Shown here: positions 37,961 to 47,269 of the stretch, piece after piece
How positions within the stretch are numbered: the stretch's first letter is position 1
How the letters are laid out: the number at the start of each line of letters is the position of its first letter
NCBI GenBank assembly: GCA_965223325.1
Contig: CBDCWI010000001.1
Coordinates: forward strand, 1,344,001 to 1,408,000
DNA: 64,000 bases
From: Candidatus Multivoradales bacterium
GTDB lineage: Bacteria > Acidobacteriota > Thermoanaerobaculia > Multivoradales > Multivoraceae
Direction of reading: 5' to 3'
The notes under the pieces: model-generated
The model's database searches: none
What the model was told of the DNA's origin: nothing
Seen by the model: the letters and a program-made list of their open reading frames with translations, nothing else
Translations under genes and position numbers: made by a program

Positions 37961-39553
37961 TCAGGCGTCGGCGCGGGAGCCGTCCCACTCGGTCTTGCGA
38001 CCGTTAGCGGTCATGACGGTCTTGATCGATCCGGACTCCGGATTGACTTCGCCTTCGAGTGGCAACGGGCCCCAGGGTGACAGGAGCTGACCCGAGAACT
38101 GGTTCCCGTCCCAGACCAGATCCGAGATGGTCGAGGCCATTAGACCGCGGTCGCCCCAAATGACCCAGAAGGTACCGTCACCTTCTGCTGGAAGATGGAT
38201 CGGCGCCCAGGCTTCCGGGTCGTCTCGCTTCTCCGGTTCGCGACCCGAGACCTTCCACACCTCACCGGGGTGTTCTTTCGCTACTTCCGAGACCAGTCGG
38301 CCACGAATCTGGAAAGGCGTTAGCGGCGCCACGCCTTCGTCGACGATGAAGTCGAGGAAACCGATCATCATTTCGTCGTACGACTCATCGCCGAAGGTCA
38401 CGTCAATCGTTGGATCGGGGTTGTCCGGGTTGCCGGCTGAGTTGTCGTAGTGCGCGATCACTTCGACCCGCGTACCGGCTGTCACTGGGATCGGATCCTC
38501 GAGCTTGTAGTTGGTCTGCCAGTTGAAGTCGTAGTCAAGGACCTTGAGCGGCTCGATCGTACGACCGTCCGGATAGTGCACGCGGTAGACGAACTTCTTT
38601 CCGCGGTAGTGCATGTGGGGTGCAAAGGCCATGATGCGGCCGTCCTGCCAGAACAGGCGTTCGGCACGAACCTCGTGATCGCTGGCGCCAGCCGGAATCT
38701 TGAAGTTGTCGTTCATGATCCAGATGTTGGTGAGTTCTTTGGCCGGCGGTTGATCGGCAAAATGCAGGCCGATCCGCGTGATGTCCTTCTGCTCGGTGTC
38801 GGTGGGGTGGTAGTGCATGTCACCGATGAGGTTGGAACCCTTCTCGAGCAGCCGCCCGGTACCCTCGGCAAACACCATCGGGTCGGTGCCCGCTGCCCAG
38901 GCACCCAACCAACCACCGACGGGATCGACGTCGAAGCCCTTGACGGCAAAGGTAATGACGTGGTGTACGACGGTCGAGTTGCCCGGCAGGATCTCGACGG
39001 CGGTCACCCACTTGTCTTCGTCGAGTCCTAGCTGGCCGACCAGGTTGTGGAACTGGTCCGGTCCTCCGGCGGGAACGGTGACCTCGGGCAGCTCGACGAT
39101 GTGATCAGGCTCGCCGAGCCTCCATTTCCCGGTTGGGAACTCCGGCGCTGCTGGTTCTTTCGAAAGATCTCCAGCCGGCGCGCCTCCCTTGGCCCAACGC
39201 ACGATGGTGTCGATCTCAGACTCTTCGAGACTGCGATCGTTGCTGAAGCCAGCGCTCCCCGGAGCGGCATGCCAGGGCGGCATCTCGCCCGTCTCGACCT
39301 TGCGGGCAATCGACTTCGCCCATGGCCGCACCTCGTTGTAGGAACGCAGCGACATTGGTGCACCCTGTCCCGGACGGTGGCAACTGGTGCACTTGGAGTG
39401 AACGATCGGCGCCACATCGGACGCCCACTGCGGCAGGTCGGCCGCGTTGTTGTTCGGCGCCGGTTCGCTCGCTCCTACCAGCGAGGCAGCAACAGAAAGA
39501 ATGACGGCGAGTGACAGAGCCTCGGCAAGGCGTGGAGCGGGAGTCTTGAACAT
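37961..39553 (-). CDS. Exported c-type heme domain + copper type II monooxygenase protein (paralog, extra C-terminal domain)
   Basis: CTSCH, MPPW, VVHH, MHYH, PHMH, YDFNWQ, DEMM. Confidence 0.82.
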   Translation of the reverse strand: MFKTPAPRLAEALSLAVILSVAASLVGASEPAPNNNAADLPQWASDVAPIVHSKCTSCHRPGQGAPMSLRSYNEVRPWAKSIARKVETGEMPPWHAAPGSAGFSNDRSLEESEIDTIVRWAKGGAPAGDLSKEPAAPEFPTGKWRLGEPDHIVELPEVTVPAGGPDQFHNLVGQLGLDEDKWVTAVEILPGNSTVVHHVITFAVKGFDVDPVGGWLGAWAAGTDPMVFAEGTGRLLEKGSNLIGDMHYHPTDTEQKDITRIGLHFADQPPAKELTNIWIMNDNFKIPAGASDHEVRAERLFWQDGRIMAFAPHMHYRGKKFVYRVHYPDGRTIEPLKVLDYDFNWQTNYKLEDPIPVTAGTRVEVIAHYDNSAGNPDNPDPTIDVTFGDESYDEMMIGFLDFIVDEGVAPLTPFQIRGRLVSEVAKEHPGEVWKVSGREPEKRDDPEAWAPIHLPAEGDGTFWVIWGDRGLMASTISDLVWDGNQFSGQLLSPWGPLPLEGEVNPESGSIKTVMTANGRKTEWDGSRADA

Positions 39554-39744
39554 GGAGAGGCCTCCGAGAGGGGTTTGCGACGTCGGCGGTACGTCTGAGG
39601 GACGGTGTTGGGACGTCTCGGGGATCGAAGAACCTCGGTTCTCCGCGAGGGGTCTCGATCGATTCCTTTTCTACGACTGAGACGCCTCGTCAGTTTCACC
39701 GTTACACCGAACAGCGGCACGGATGGCGAGCGGAACGAGGGCGC

Positions 39745-42423
39745 TCAGGGTTCGCAAGCTACCTCGACCACCACCCGGCGGTAGACCCCGTTCGACTCGA
39801 CCGCCCACTTCCCGTCCCAGAAGTTCAGACTTGCGTAGTCGTGGCTCTCTGAGTTCGTGCTGCAGCAACTCGCAAAGTTTTCGAAGGAGAGCGGTGTCCC
39901 GTCGACCCACACAAACGTTCCCTCCGTCGCACTGTCGGTGAGGCCCAGCCACACGCTTTCGCTGGTGTTGTCGAGGATGAACCGGTTCTTGGCCGGGCTA
40001 TCTACCACCACCGGGCTCGCGTCGACGGATTGGGCAAGCGCCAACTGCTCGGTCCAGGGAGCCTTCTGATCACTCAGGAAATACTCGTTGCCGTCGAACT
40101 CACCGAGACTCGTAAAGCCTGAAAGGCTCTCGGGACAGCTCGGCTCTGCCGGTTCACACGCCAGCTCGAGAACCGCATGGCGCCACACCAACTCGCTATC
40201 GAAGCTCCACGACCCTCCCCAGAAGTTGGCTACCGCGTAGTCCCGCGACTCGCTATTGCCACTGCTGTTGTCATAGGTCACGGCGTCGCCGTTCGACCAG
40301 CGGAGTATGCCCTCCTCTCCTTCATCGTTGAGCCCAATGAACGCCATCGTGCCAGAGGACGCAAGCTGTCCGGCCAGCCAACTGTCCTGTGTGGCGGAGT
40401 GGATCGAAGCGAGATCGCCACCGGCCGCGAGCGCTCGACTGCGGGCCACCGGCCAGGTGCGTTTGTCGTCCGAGAGAAAGAAGTGTCTTTGGCCAAACGC
40501 TCCAAGAAAGGAATAACCATCGACCGCTTCGGGGCACGGACCGGTCGCAGGCTCGTAGAGTTCGAGGACCGCACTCAGCTGATCATCCGCCATCCGAATC
40601 TCCGGCAGAAAGCGGTTGCGCGAAAGACTCATCAAAGTATCCCGCCAACCAATCGCTTCGAGTGCAGATGACTCGTTGAGGTACGAAAGGATGCGGTTGT
40701 CCAGCCCCCCTGACGATGTCTGATCGCTCGAGCGCCGAAGCACGTAGCTGCCGACATGACCAACCGCCAGGTCGTGCTCGAATCGCCACGCCACGTGGGC
40801 GATCTCGTGGGTGGTGATACTGGTCGCGAGGCGTCGATCGTTCGACGTGTCCCAGACGGTACTCGGAGCATGCACCGTTGGGCGACCCCAGAGACCGCTT
40901 CGCTGGTAGTCGATCGAAAAGAGCGGCTGTCGAAAGGCGGTCTGAATCTCGACATCGCTCTGGCCGGCGCCCGACCCGGAGCTCGTCGCCCAGGTCATGT
41001 ACACCGTGAGGTCTTCGCCGGCACTTCGCGTCGGCCGCAGTGCTTCGAGCTCGGCAGCGACCTCGAAACGGTTTTCGGTTGCGTAGATCTGGCGGATCAG
41101 CTCGAGGTCCCCCTGGTCCCCAGGATCGAGCGCCCGCGTCGGATCATGGGCGAGGCCATTCCACCAGTCGAGATAGTCGATCGGAAGATCCGCCAGCGGC
41201 ACCTCTTCCATCGTGACCTCGAGGGTGAACCACTCCTTGGTAGCAAAATGAAAGTAGTCCTCGACGTCCTCGGCGAACGCGGCATAACGTGTGCTTCCGA
41301 GACCGAGGTCGGGAAAAACGATACGGACATCAAAACTCTCGAGCACCTCGCCGGAGCTGACCGGTACGGTCCCAGCGGGAGAATCTAAGAGGGTGAGCAG
41401 TGTCGAAGCCGCGCCGCCTACCGTTGGCCCGCTCGGGTCGCTCGGTTCGGTCCCCGGCGGCAGCGGTAGCAACCCTTCGTCCCAGTGGGTGAACGTCGCC
41501 GTTGCCCGAAGGGTGCCCGAAAGATCGACCGACAGGAGATCGGGCGGGAGGTGAAAGAACTGGACGAGCACCGGTCCCGCCTGTTGCTGGATCGTCGATG
41601 CCGCGACGGCTTCGCCAGCGGCGACCCAGGCGGCGGCCGGATAAACCTCCAACCACGGGAACTCGCCGCCACCGGTCATGAGTGCCAGGTCGAGGGTCAC
41701 GCGGTTGTCGAGGTCCGCCATTCCGGATGTGTTGATCGCCAACGCCACCGGCTGACCAGTCGTCGCCGAAGCGGTCGCCGAGAGGGGCTGTCCACTCATG
41801 TCGTAGAGACGAACGACGGCCGGCGACGCCCCGGTCATCTCCGACTCGATGGCCTCGACCAGCGCCGAGATCGTCGCCTGGCTCGACGAAGGCGGCAGCA
41901 GATCGTCACTCAGCCCCTCTGCGATCGTGATCACGTTGCTCGAAAGAAACAGCGCGCCGCCCTGTGAATCCGTCAGTACATCGCCTACTTCGTCGTAGAA
42001 CAACCCCACCAAACGGTAGTCACCCGGGGCGAGGCCGAGGGTCGTCCACTCAAACGAGGTGGTCTTGTCCGCGTCGAAATAGACCCGGCGAACGAAGGCG
42101 TGGGCATTCGAACCGTCGTTCAGTTCAGGAGTGACCGTGCGCGCCAGGTTGGTCACCCAGCCGTCTGGCTGTGGAAGTGGAGACTGCACACGCAGGGCGC
42201 GCCCGATGCGATCACCCGGATGAGAAACCACATCGACCGTCAATCGGGCTCCGGACGGTACGACGATGCTGCTGCCGGCGGGCTGGCCCGGGGCGCTGAT
42301 CGAGATTTGCGACTGCTGCGCGATGCCTGGGCTGCCGATCGCCACAGCGATCGCAAGAGCAATCAGCGTGAACAGGGCGAGACGTGAACCTTTCAGTGCA
42401 CAACATTTTCGGATGGCGGGCAT
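39745..42423 (-). CDS. Large exported protein with zincin-like HExxH motif and two C-terminal C-type lectin domains
   Basis: Signal peptide from ATG 42423; THEIAH; CP.....LG.F....YF, GGDLASI, FIGLND / WLGLTD, EGTFVWVDG. Confidence 0.78.
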   Translation of the reverse strand: MPAIRKCCALKGSRLALFTLIALAIAVAIGSPGIAQQSQISISAPGQPAGSSIVVPSGARLTVDVVSHPGDRIGRALRVQSPLPQPDGWVTNLARTVTPELNDGSNAHAFVRRVYFDADKTTSFEWTTLGLAPGDYRLVGLFYDEVGDVLTDSQGGALFLSSNVITIAEGLSDDLLPPSSSQATISALVEAIESEMTGASPAVVRLYDMSGQPLSATASATTGQPVALAINTSGMADLDNRVTLDLALMTGGGEFPWLEVYPAAAWVAAGEAVAASTIQQQAGPVLVQFFHLPPDLLSVDLSGTLRATATFTHWDEGLLPLPPGTEPSDPSGPTVGGAASTLLTLLDSPAGTVPVSSGEVLESFDVRIVFPDLGLGSTRYAAFAEDVEDYFHFATKEWFTLEVTMEEVPLADLPIDYLDWWNGLAHDPTRALDPGDQGDLELIRQIYATENRFEVAAELEALRPTRSAGEDLTVYMTWATSSGSGAGQSDVEIQTAFRQPLFSIDYQRSGLWGRPTVHAPSTVWDTSNDRRLATSITTHEIAHVAWRFEHDLAVGHVGSYVLRRSSDQTSSGGLDNRILSYLNESSALEAIGWRDTLMSLSRNRFLPEIRMADDQLSAVLELYEPATGPCPEAVDGYSFLGAFGQRHFFLSDDKRTWPVARSRALAAGGDLASIHSATQDSWLAGQLASSGTMAFIGLNDEGEEGILRWSNGDAVTYDNSSGNSESRDYAVANFWGGSWSFDSELVWRHAVLELACEPAEPSCPESLSGFTSLGEFDGNEYFLSDQKAPWTEQLALAQSVDASPVVVDSPAKNRFILDNTSESVWLGLTDSATEGTFVWVDGTPLSFENFASCCSTNSESHDYASLNFWDGKWAVESNGVYRRVVVEVACEP

Positions 42424-42708
42424 GGAGAATCTCCACTCGAGTGATGACAGTGAATCCACCCCCACCGGTCGACGCGACGACGTGACCCGGACTTCACGCG
42501 CTTGACTTTGCGGCGCCAAAAACCGCGCCCCGCCAATCAACGGATCCGCTGATCGAAATGGGAGCGAGGGCTCATCGGACAGACTATCGGGCGTGGAAGG
42601 CCATCGATTCTACCAAGCGATCTGCGCTCGCCTTCGCCCTCGAGTCGCCTCGACTCTGGCTGACCGGGCCCAGCGAGCGCTGCCTCCAACCTCCTCGCGT
42701 CGCGAGGT

Positions 42709-43794
42709 TCAGCCAGAAATGGCTTGCTGGCGGAGGGCGTGATCGGCGAGAACAAGGAGGACCATGGCCTCCCCCATCGGCACGAAGCGCGGTAGGAGGC
42801 AGGGGTCGTGACGGCCGACGACGGTGATCTCGGTCGCCTCGCCAGCAGAATCGACGGTGCCCTGAGTACGGGGGATGCTCGAGGTCGGCTTGACAGCGCA
42901 GCGCAGCACGATGGGCATGCCCGAAGAGATGCCTCCGAGCATTCCGCCGTGGCGATTGGTTTCAGTTCGAATCTCTGAGCCGGCACGCATGAAGCGATCG
43001 TTGTTCTCGCTTCCACGGCTGGTTGCAACGCTCCAGCCAGCGCCATACTCGACCCCAACGACCGCCGGCAAACTGAAAAGGGCCTTGCCGAGATCTGCCT
43101 TGAGCTTGTCGAACACTGGTTCACCCCAGCCCGCCGGCACGCCGGTGGCGACGATCTGGGAGACACCGCCGATCGAGTCACCGTCGTCGCGCAGGTTTTC
43201 GATCAGGTCGATCATGTGCTCGGCAGCCTGCGGGTCAGGACAGCGCACGATGTTGGCCTCGACCTGTTCCAGGCTCACCGACGCTGGATCGGCGACGCTC
43301 GCTTCGATCTCACCGACCTGTTGCACCCAGCCGACCACCGCGACACCAAAGCGTTCGCTCAGGAACTTGCGCGCAATCGCTCCGGCGGCGACTCGAACTG
43401 CGGTCTCGCGAGCACTCGCCCGACCACCGCCACGGTGATCACGGCGGCCGAACTTGGCGTCGAAGGTGAAATCGGCATGGCCGGGACGGTAGGCGTCCTC
43501 CAGGTTGCCGTAGTCGCGCGAGCGCTGATCGGCGTTCCTGATCAGGATCCCGATCGGAGTGCCCGTGGTCTGACCGTCGAAGACCCCCGACAGGATCTCG
43601 GGAGCGTCGGCCTCATCGCGCTGGGTGGTGACCTTCGACTGCCCTGGCCGGCGGCGCTCGAGATCGGGAATCAGGTCTTCCACGGACAGCGCGAGGCCTG
43701 GCGGTATGCCATCGACGATGGCGACGTAGCCGGGGCCATGGCTCTCGCCGGCGGTCGTGACGCGGAAACTGTGGCCAAAGGTGCTACCGGGCAT
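42709..43794 (-). CDS. aroC: Chorismate synthase
   Basis: GESHG, RPGHAD, RGGGRASARETA, GGMLGGIS, KPTSSI, GRHDPC. Confidence 0.97.
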   Translation of the reverse strand: MPGSTFGHSFRVTTAGESHGPGYVAIVDGIPPGLALSVEDLIPDLERRRPGQSKVTTQRDEADAPEILSGVFDGQTTGTPIGILIRNADQRSRDYGNLEDAYRPGHADFTFDAKFGRRDHRGGGRASARETAVRVAAGAIARKFLSERFGVAVVGWVQQVGEIEASVADPASVSLEQVEANIVRCPDPQAAEHMIDLIENLRDDGDSIGGVSQIVATGVPAGWGEPVFDKLKADLGKALFSLPAVVGVEYGAGWSVATSRGSENNDRFMRAGSEIRTETNRHGGMLGGISSGMPIVLRCAVKPTSSIPRTQGTVDSAGEATEITVVGRHDPCLLPRFVPMGEAMVLLVLADHALRQQAISG

Positions 43795-43875
43795 GCTGGG
43801 GATTATCCATGATCGAGCGAATCCTCGGAGGCGAGAGCCGCACGCGGCAGGCGTCAGGCCTTAGTCTAGGGAGCA

Positions 43876-46179
43876 ATGAAGCATCCAGACAGCGCGACGC
43901 GGGAACTCGTCCTGGTCGGCGGCGGACACACCCATGTCCAGGTCCTGCGCCGGCTGGCCATGGCTCCGATCGATGACCTCGGGGTCACGGTGGTGCTCGA
44001 CGTGCCGGTAGCGGTCTACTCCGGCATGGTGCCGGGGTTCGTTGCTGGCCAGTATGACCGCCGCGAGCTCGAGATCGACGTCGTACCGCTGGCGCGCCGA
44101 GCCGGTGCGCGGGTGGTGCTCTCGGCGGCCACCGCGATCGACGCGGCTGCCAAACAGATCCACCTCGAGAACCGGGCTCCAATCTCCTATGACGTGGCGT
44201 CATTAGACGTCGGCTCGACGGTCGCTGGCCTGGAAACTCCCGGCGTGCGCCAGTTCGCTTTGCCCACTCGGCCAGTCGCGCGCCTCATCGAGCACATCGA
44301 TCGCTACCTGGCGCACAAGATCAACGCCGACACCGAGGAGCCGCCGCGCATCGCCGTCGTTGGCGCCGGTGCAGGTGGGGTCGAGTTGGCCTTCGCGATC
44401 AGGAATCGCCTCGCCAATGCCGGCCGCGGCTCACTCGTTTCCCTGGTGTTTGCAACCACACGCCCGCTTCCATCGTACCGCGAGAGCGTCGCCGCCAAGA
44501 TCATCAAAGAGGCAAAGCGCCAGCAGATAGCGCTCGTGCCCGCCAGCCGCGTCGTTGCCGTTTCCGCCACTGGCTTGGAGCTGGAGAGTGGCGAGCGCAT
44601 CGCCGCAGAAGCCGTCATCTGGGTGGCAGGCGCTGCTCCGCCAGCGGTGATTCGGGACTCTGACCTCCCCAAGGACGACCTGGGTTTCGTGCGCATCGAC
44701 GATTCGTTACGCGTCATCGGTCACCGCGACCTGTTCGCCGCCGGCGACTGCGCCAGCTTGGCGGCCGACCCGCCGGTTCCCAAGGCCGGCGTGTACGCGG
44801 TGCGCCAGGGGCCGGTGCTGGCTGAGAACCTGACCGCCCGGTTGACCGGCGGACGCCTGCGCTCCTATCGGCCGCAGCGCGACTTTCTCACCCTCCTCAA
44901 CCTCGGCGACGGACGGGCGCTGGGAACCAAGTGGGGTCAGAGCGCGCTCGGGCCTTACATGATGCGCCTGAAAGACCGTATCGACCGCGAGTTCATGCGG
45001 CGCTTCCAGGTCCTCCAGGAGGACGGGCAACTGACCGACGAGTTCGCCTCGGCACCTGCGATGACAGACGATTCCGAAGAAATGCGGTGTGGCGGCTGCG
45101 CCGCCAAGGTCGGCCAGAGCGAACTGGCACGTGCCCTGGCACGGGTCGGTGACCTGGCAGGCGACGTGGCAGCTAGCACCAACCAGCAACTCACAGCGAC
45201 CAAGCGTGCGATCCAGATCAGCGGTCCGCTCGGTCGTTCGCTGCTCGGTGTCCGCGGGGGCGATGACGCCTCTGCCTGGCAGACGCCCTCGGGCGATGTC
45301 GTGGTCACCAGCGTCGACGCCTTCAGTGCCTTCACTCGCGACCACTGGCTGGTCGGCCGGGTGGCGGCGGTGAACGCAGCCTCTGATCTGCATGCCAAGG
45401 GCGTCGAGCCAAAGGTGGCGCTGGCGATCGTTTCGTTGCCCGAGGAGCTCGAGGGTCAGAGCGCCGAAGAGGCCCTCTTTCAGATTCTCGCCGGTGCCCG
45501 AGCGACCTTCGACCCTCTTGGCGTCGTGCTGCTCGGCGGCCACACCACGGCAGGACCAGATCTCCGCGTCGGCTTTCAGGTCGAGGGCACTCTCGACCGA
45601 ACCCGCTCCGCGTTACCCGTTGAAGGTCTCGAACCAGGACACGCCGTAGTCCTCAGCGCGCCGCTGGGCACCGGAGTCATCTTCCATGCCGACATGAAGG
45701 GTCGCTGTCGCGGCCCGTGGCTCGAAGCCGCGATCGACTCGATGGTGCGCGGCAACCGGAGCGCCGCAGCCCTCGCCCGCCAACACAACGTCTCAGCCTC
45801 GACCGACGTCTCGGGCTTCGGACTCGCCGGTCACGCAGCAGAAATGGCCTACCACTCGGGAGTCGACATCGAACTGCACACCGGGCAGATCCCCGCCCTC
45901 CCCGGGGCGCTCGAACTGCTCGAGCTCGGAGAGCGCTCGACATTTCACGACCGCATTGCCCGCATCCGTCGCGGCCTGCGCATCGACGGAGGCATCGAGC
46001 GAGCGCGGTTGGAGTTGATCTTCGATCCCCAGACGGCCGGCGGGCTCCTGCTCGGGTGTGCAGCCCTTGGAGCAGAGGAGCTGGTCGAGGCACTGCGGGC
46101 CGACGGCCGGCAAGCGGCCATCGTCGGCCAGGCAAAAAGGCCCGATTCAGCAAGCGGCAACCTCCACATCACCACCTAG
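43876..46179 (+). CDS. selD: Selenide, water dikinase fused to N-terminal pyridine nucleotide-disulfide oxidoreductase
   Basis: VLVGGGHTH, GAGAGGVE, FAAGD; CGGCAAK, GDDA, GGHT, TDVSGFGL.GH, DPQTAGGLL. Confidence 0.93.
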   Translation: MKHPDSATRELVLVGGGHTHVQVLRRLAMAPIDDLGVTVVLDVPVAVYSGMVPGFVAGQYDRRELEIDVVPLARRAGARVVLSAATAIDAAAKQIHLENRAPISYDVASLDVGSTVAGLETPGVRQFALPTRPVARLIEHIDRYLAHKINADTEEPPRIAVVGAGAGGVELAFAIRNRLANAGRGSLVSLVFATTRPLPSYRESVAAKIIKEAKRQQIALVPASRVVAVSATGLELESGERIAAEAVIWVAGAAPPAVIRDSDLPKDDLGFVRIDDSLRVIGHRDLFAAGDCASLAADPPVPKAGVYAVRQGPVLAENLTARLTGGRLRSYRPQRDFLTLLNLGDGRALGTKWGQSALGPYMMRLKDRIDREFMRRFQVLQEDGQLTDEFASAPAMTDDSEEMRCGGCAAKVGQSELARALARVGDLAGDVAASTNQQLTATKRAIQISGPLGRSLLGVRGGDDASAWQTPSGDVVVTSVDAFSAFTRDHWLVGRVAAVNAASDLHAKGVEPKVALAIVSLPEELEGQSAEEALFQILAGARATFDPLGVVLLGGHTTAGPDLRVGFQVEGTLDRTRSALPVEGLEPGHAVVLSAPLGTGVIFHADMKGRCRGPWLEAAIDSMVRGNRSAAALARQHNVSASTDVSGFGLAGHAAEMAYHSGVDIELHTGQIPALPGALELLELGERSTFHDRIARIRRGLRIDGGIERARLELIFDPQTAGGLLLGCAALGAEELVEALRADGRQAAIVGQAKRPDSASGNLHITT

Positions 46180-46200
46180 CGCGGACCCCCGGCGGGCGCC

Positions 46201-46228
46201 GGGACCCAGGTGGGGACCCGGGTGGGGG
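46201..46228. repeat. Third locus of the GGGACCCGGGTG repeat (2 units plus partial)
   Basis: GGGACCCAGGTG GGGACCCGGGTG GGGG, just after the selD stop. Confidence 0.75.
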
Positions 46229-46249
46229 CGGCCACCTATACTCGCCCGC

Positions 46250-47269
46250 ATGACGGAAACCGAGTCAACCTCTCCGCCGGGTCCAGGTGCGCCGCTCACC
46301 ATCGCGGTGATGGCGGCCGGGATTGGCTCGCGCTATGCGAGCGGTAACGCCGGCGGCGCGCTCAAGCAGCTCGAATCGGTCGGCCCGGACAGGGCCACGA
46401 TTACCGACTACATCGTCTTCGACGCCTGGCGCGCCGGCTTCGAAGAAGCTGTATTCGTGGTTCGGCCCGAGATCGAAGCAGACTTCCGCGAACGGATCGG
46501 TGATCGCATCGCTCGTCACCTGCCGGTGCGCTACGTTCATCAGACGGTTGAGAGTTTCGTGGCGCCCGCGACCCTCGAGGCGATCGAAGCCACCGCCGGC
46601 GCGCCACGCACGAAACCCTGGGGCACCGCCCATGCCGCGCTCTGTGCCGCCGCGACCATCGACGGCCCCTTCGCGCTCGTCAACGCCGACGACTGGTACG
46701 GGCCGCAGGCGTTCGGACATCTCGCGCGCGAGCTCACGAACCCAGCGGCAAGCAAGAGCGATCACGCCCTGGTGGGCTATCCGATCCGCGAGACTCTCTC
46801 GGACGAGGGTCCGGTTTCGAGAGGAGTTTGCGTGCTCGACGACGCCGGTGCTCTCACCGGGCTCTTGATCACGCCAGCCATCGAGCCCGACGGCGACAAC
46901 GCGGTCTACGAAGGCGAAGACGGCGAGCGCCACGCGGTTCCAGGCGGCGCCCTCGCATCGATGAACTGCTGGGGGTTCCGCGGCGGAATCCTGCCGGAGC
47001 TACGCACTGCCTTCGCCGACTTCATCGACAAGGTCGCCTCCGATCCATCGCCTCTTTCGGCTGAGATCGGTTTGCCCAACGTCGTGCTGACGGCGATCAG
47101 GGAGGGTCGAGCCCGGGTCAAATCGCTCCGTACAGACGATCGTTGGCTGGGCCTGACCCATCCCGGCGATCTCGAGCCCGCTCGCTCGAGCATCCGACGC
47201 TTCATCGACGCTGGCAGCTACCCGGAAACTCTCTGGCCAAGCGGTAGCACGCGGGAGGCGAGAGACTGA
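46250..47269 (+). CDS. Sugar-phosphate nucleotidyltransferase family protein
   Basis: MAAGIGSRY..GALKQ, RTKPWGTAHA, VNADD.YG, VSRGVC, SMNCWGF. Confidence 0.9.
   Translation: MTETESTSPPGPGAPLTIAVMAAGIGSRYASGNAGGALKQLESVGPDRATITDYIVFDAWRAGFEEAVFVVRPEIEADFRERIGDRIARHLPVRYVHQTVESFVAPATLEAIEATAGAPRTKPWGTAHAALCAAATIDGPFALVNADDWYGPQAFGHLARELTNPAASKSDHALVGYPIRETLSDEGPVSRGVCVLDDAGALTGLLITPAIEPDGDNAVYEGEDGERHAVPGGALASMNCWGFRGGILPELRTAFADFIDKVASDPSPLSAEIGLPNVVLTAIREGRARVKSLRTDDRWLGLTHPGDLEPARSSIRRFIDAGSYPETLWPSGSTREARD

Noticed and set aside
45082-45108. Selenocysteine recoding in selD
   Set aside because: Active-site residues are TGT/TGC Cys; no in-frame TGA.
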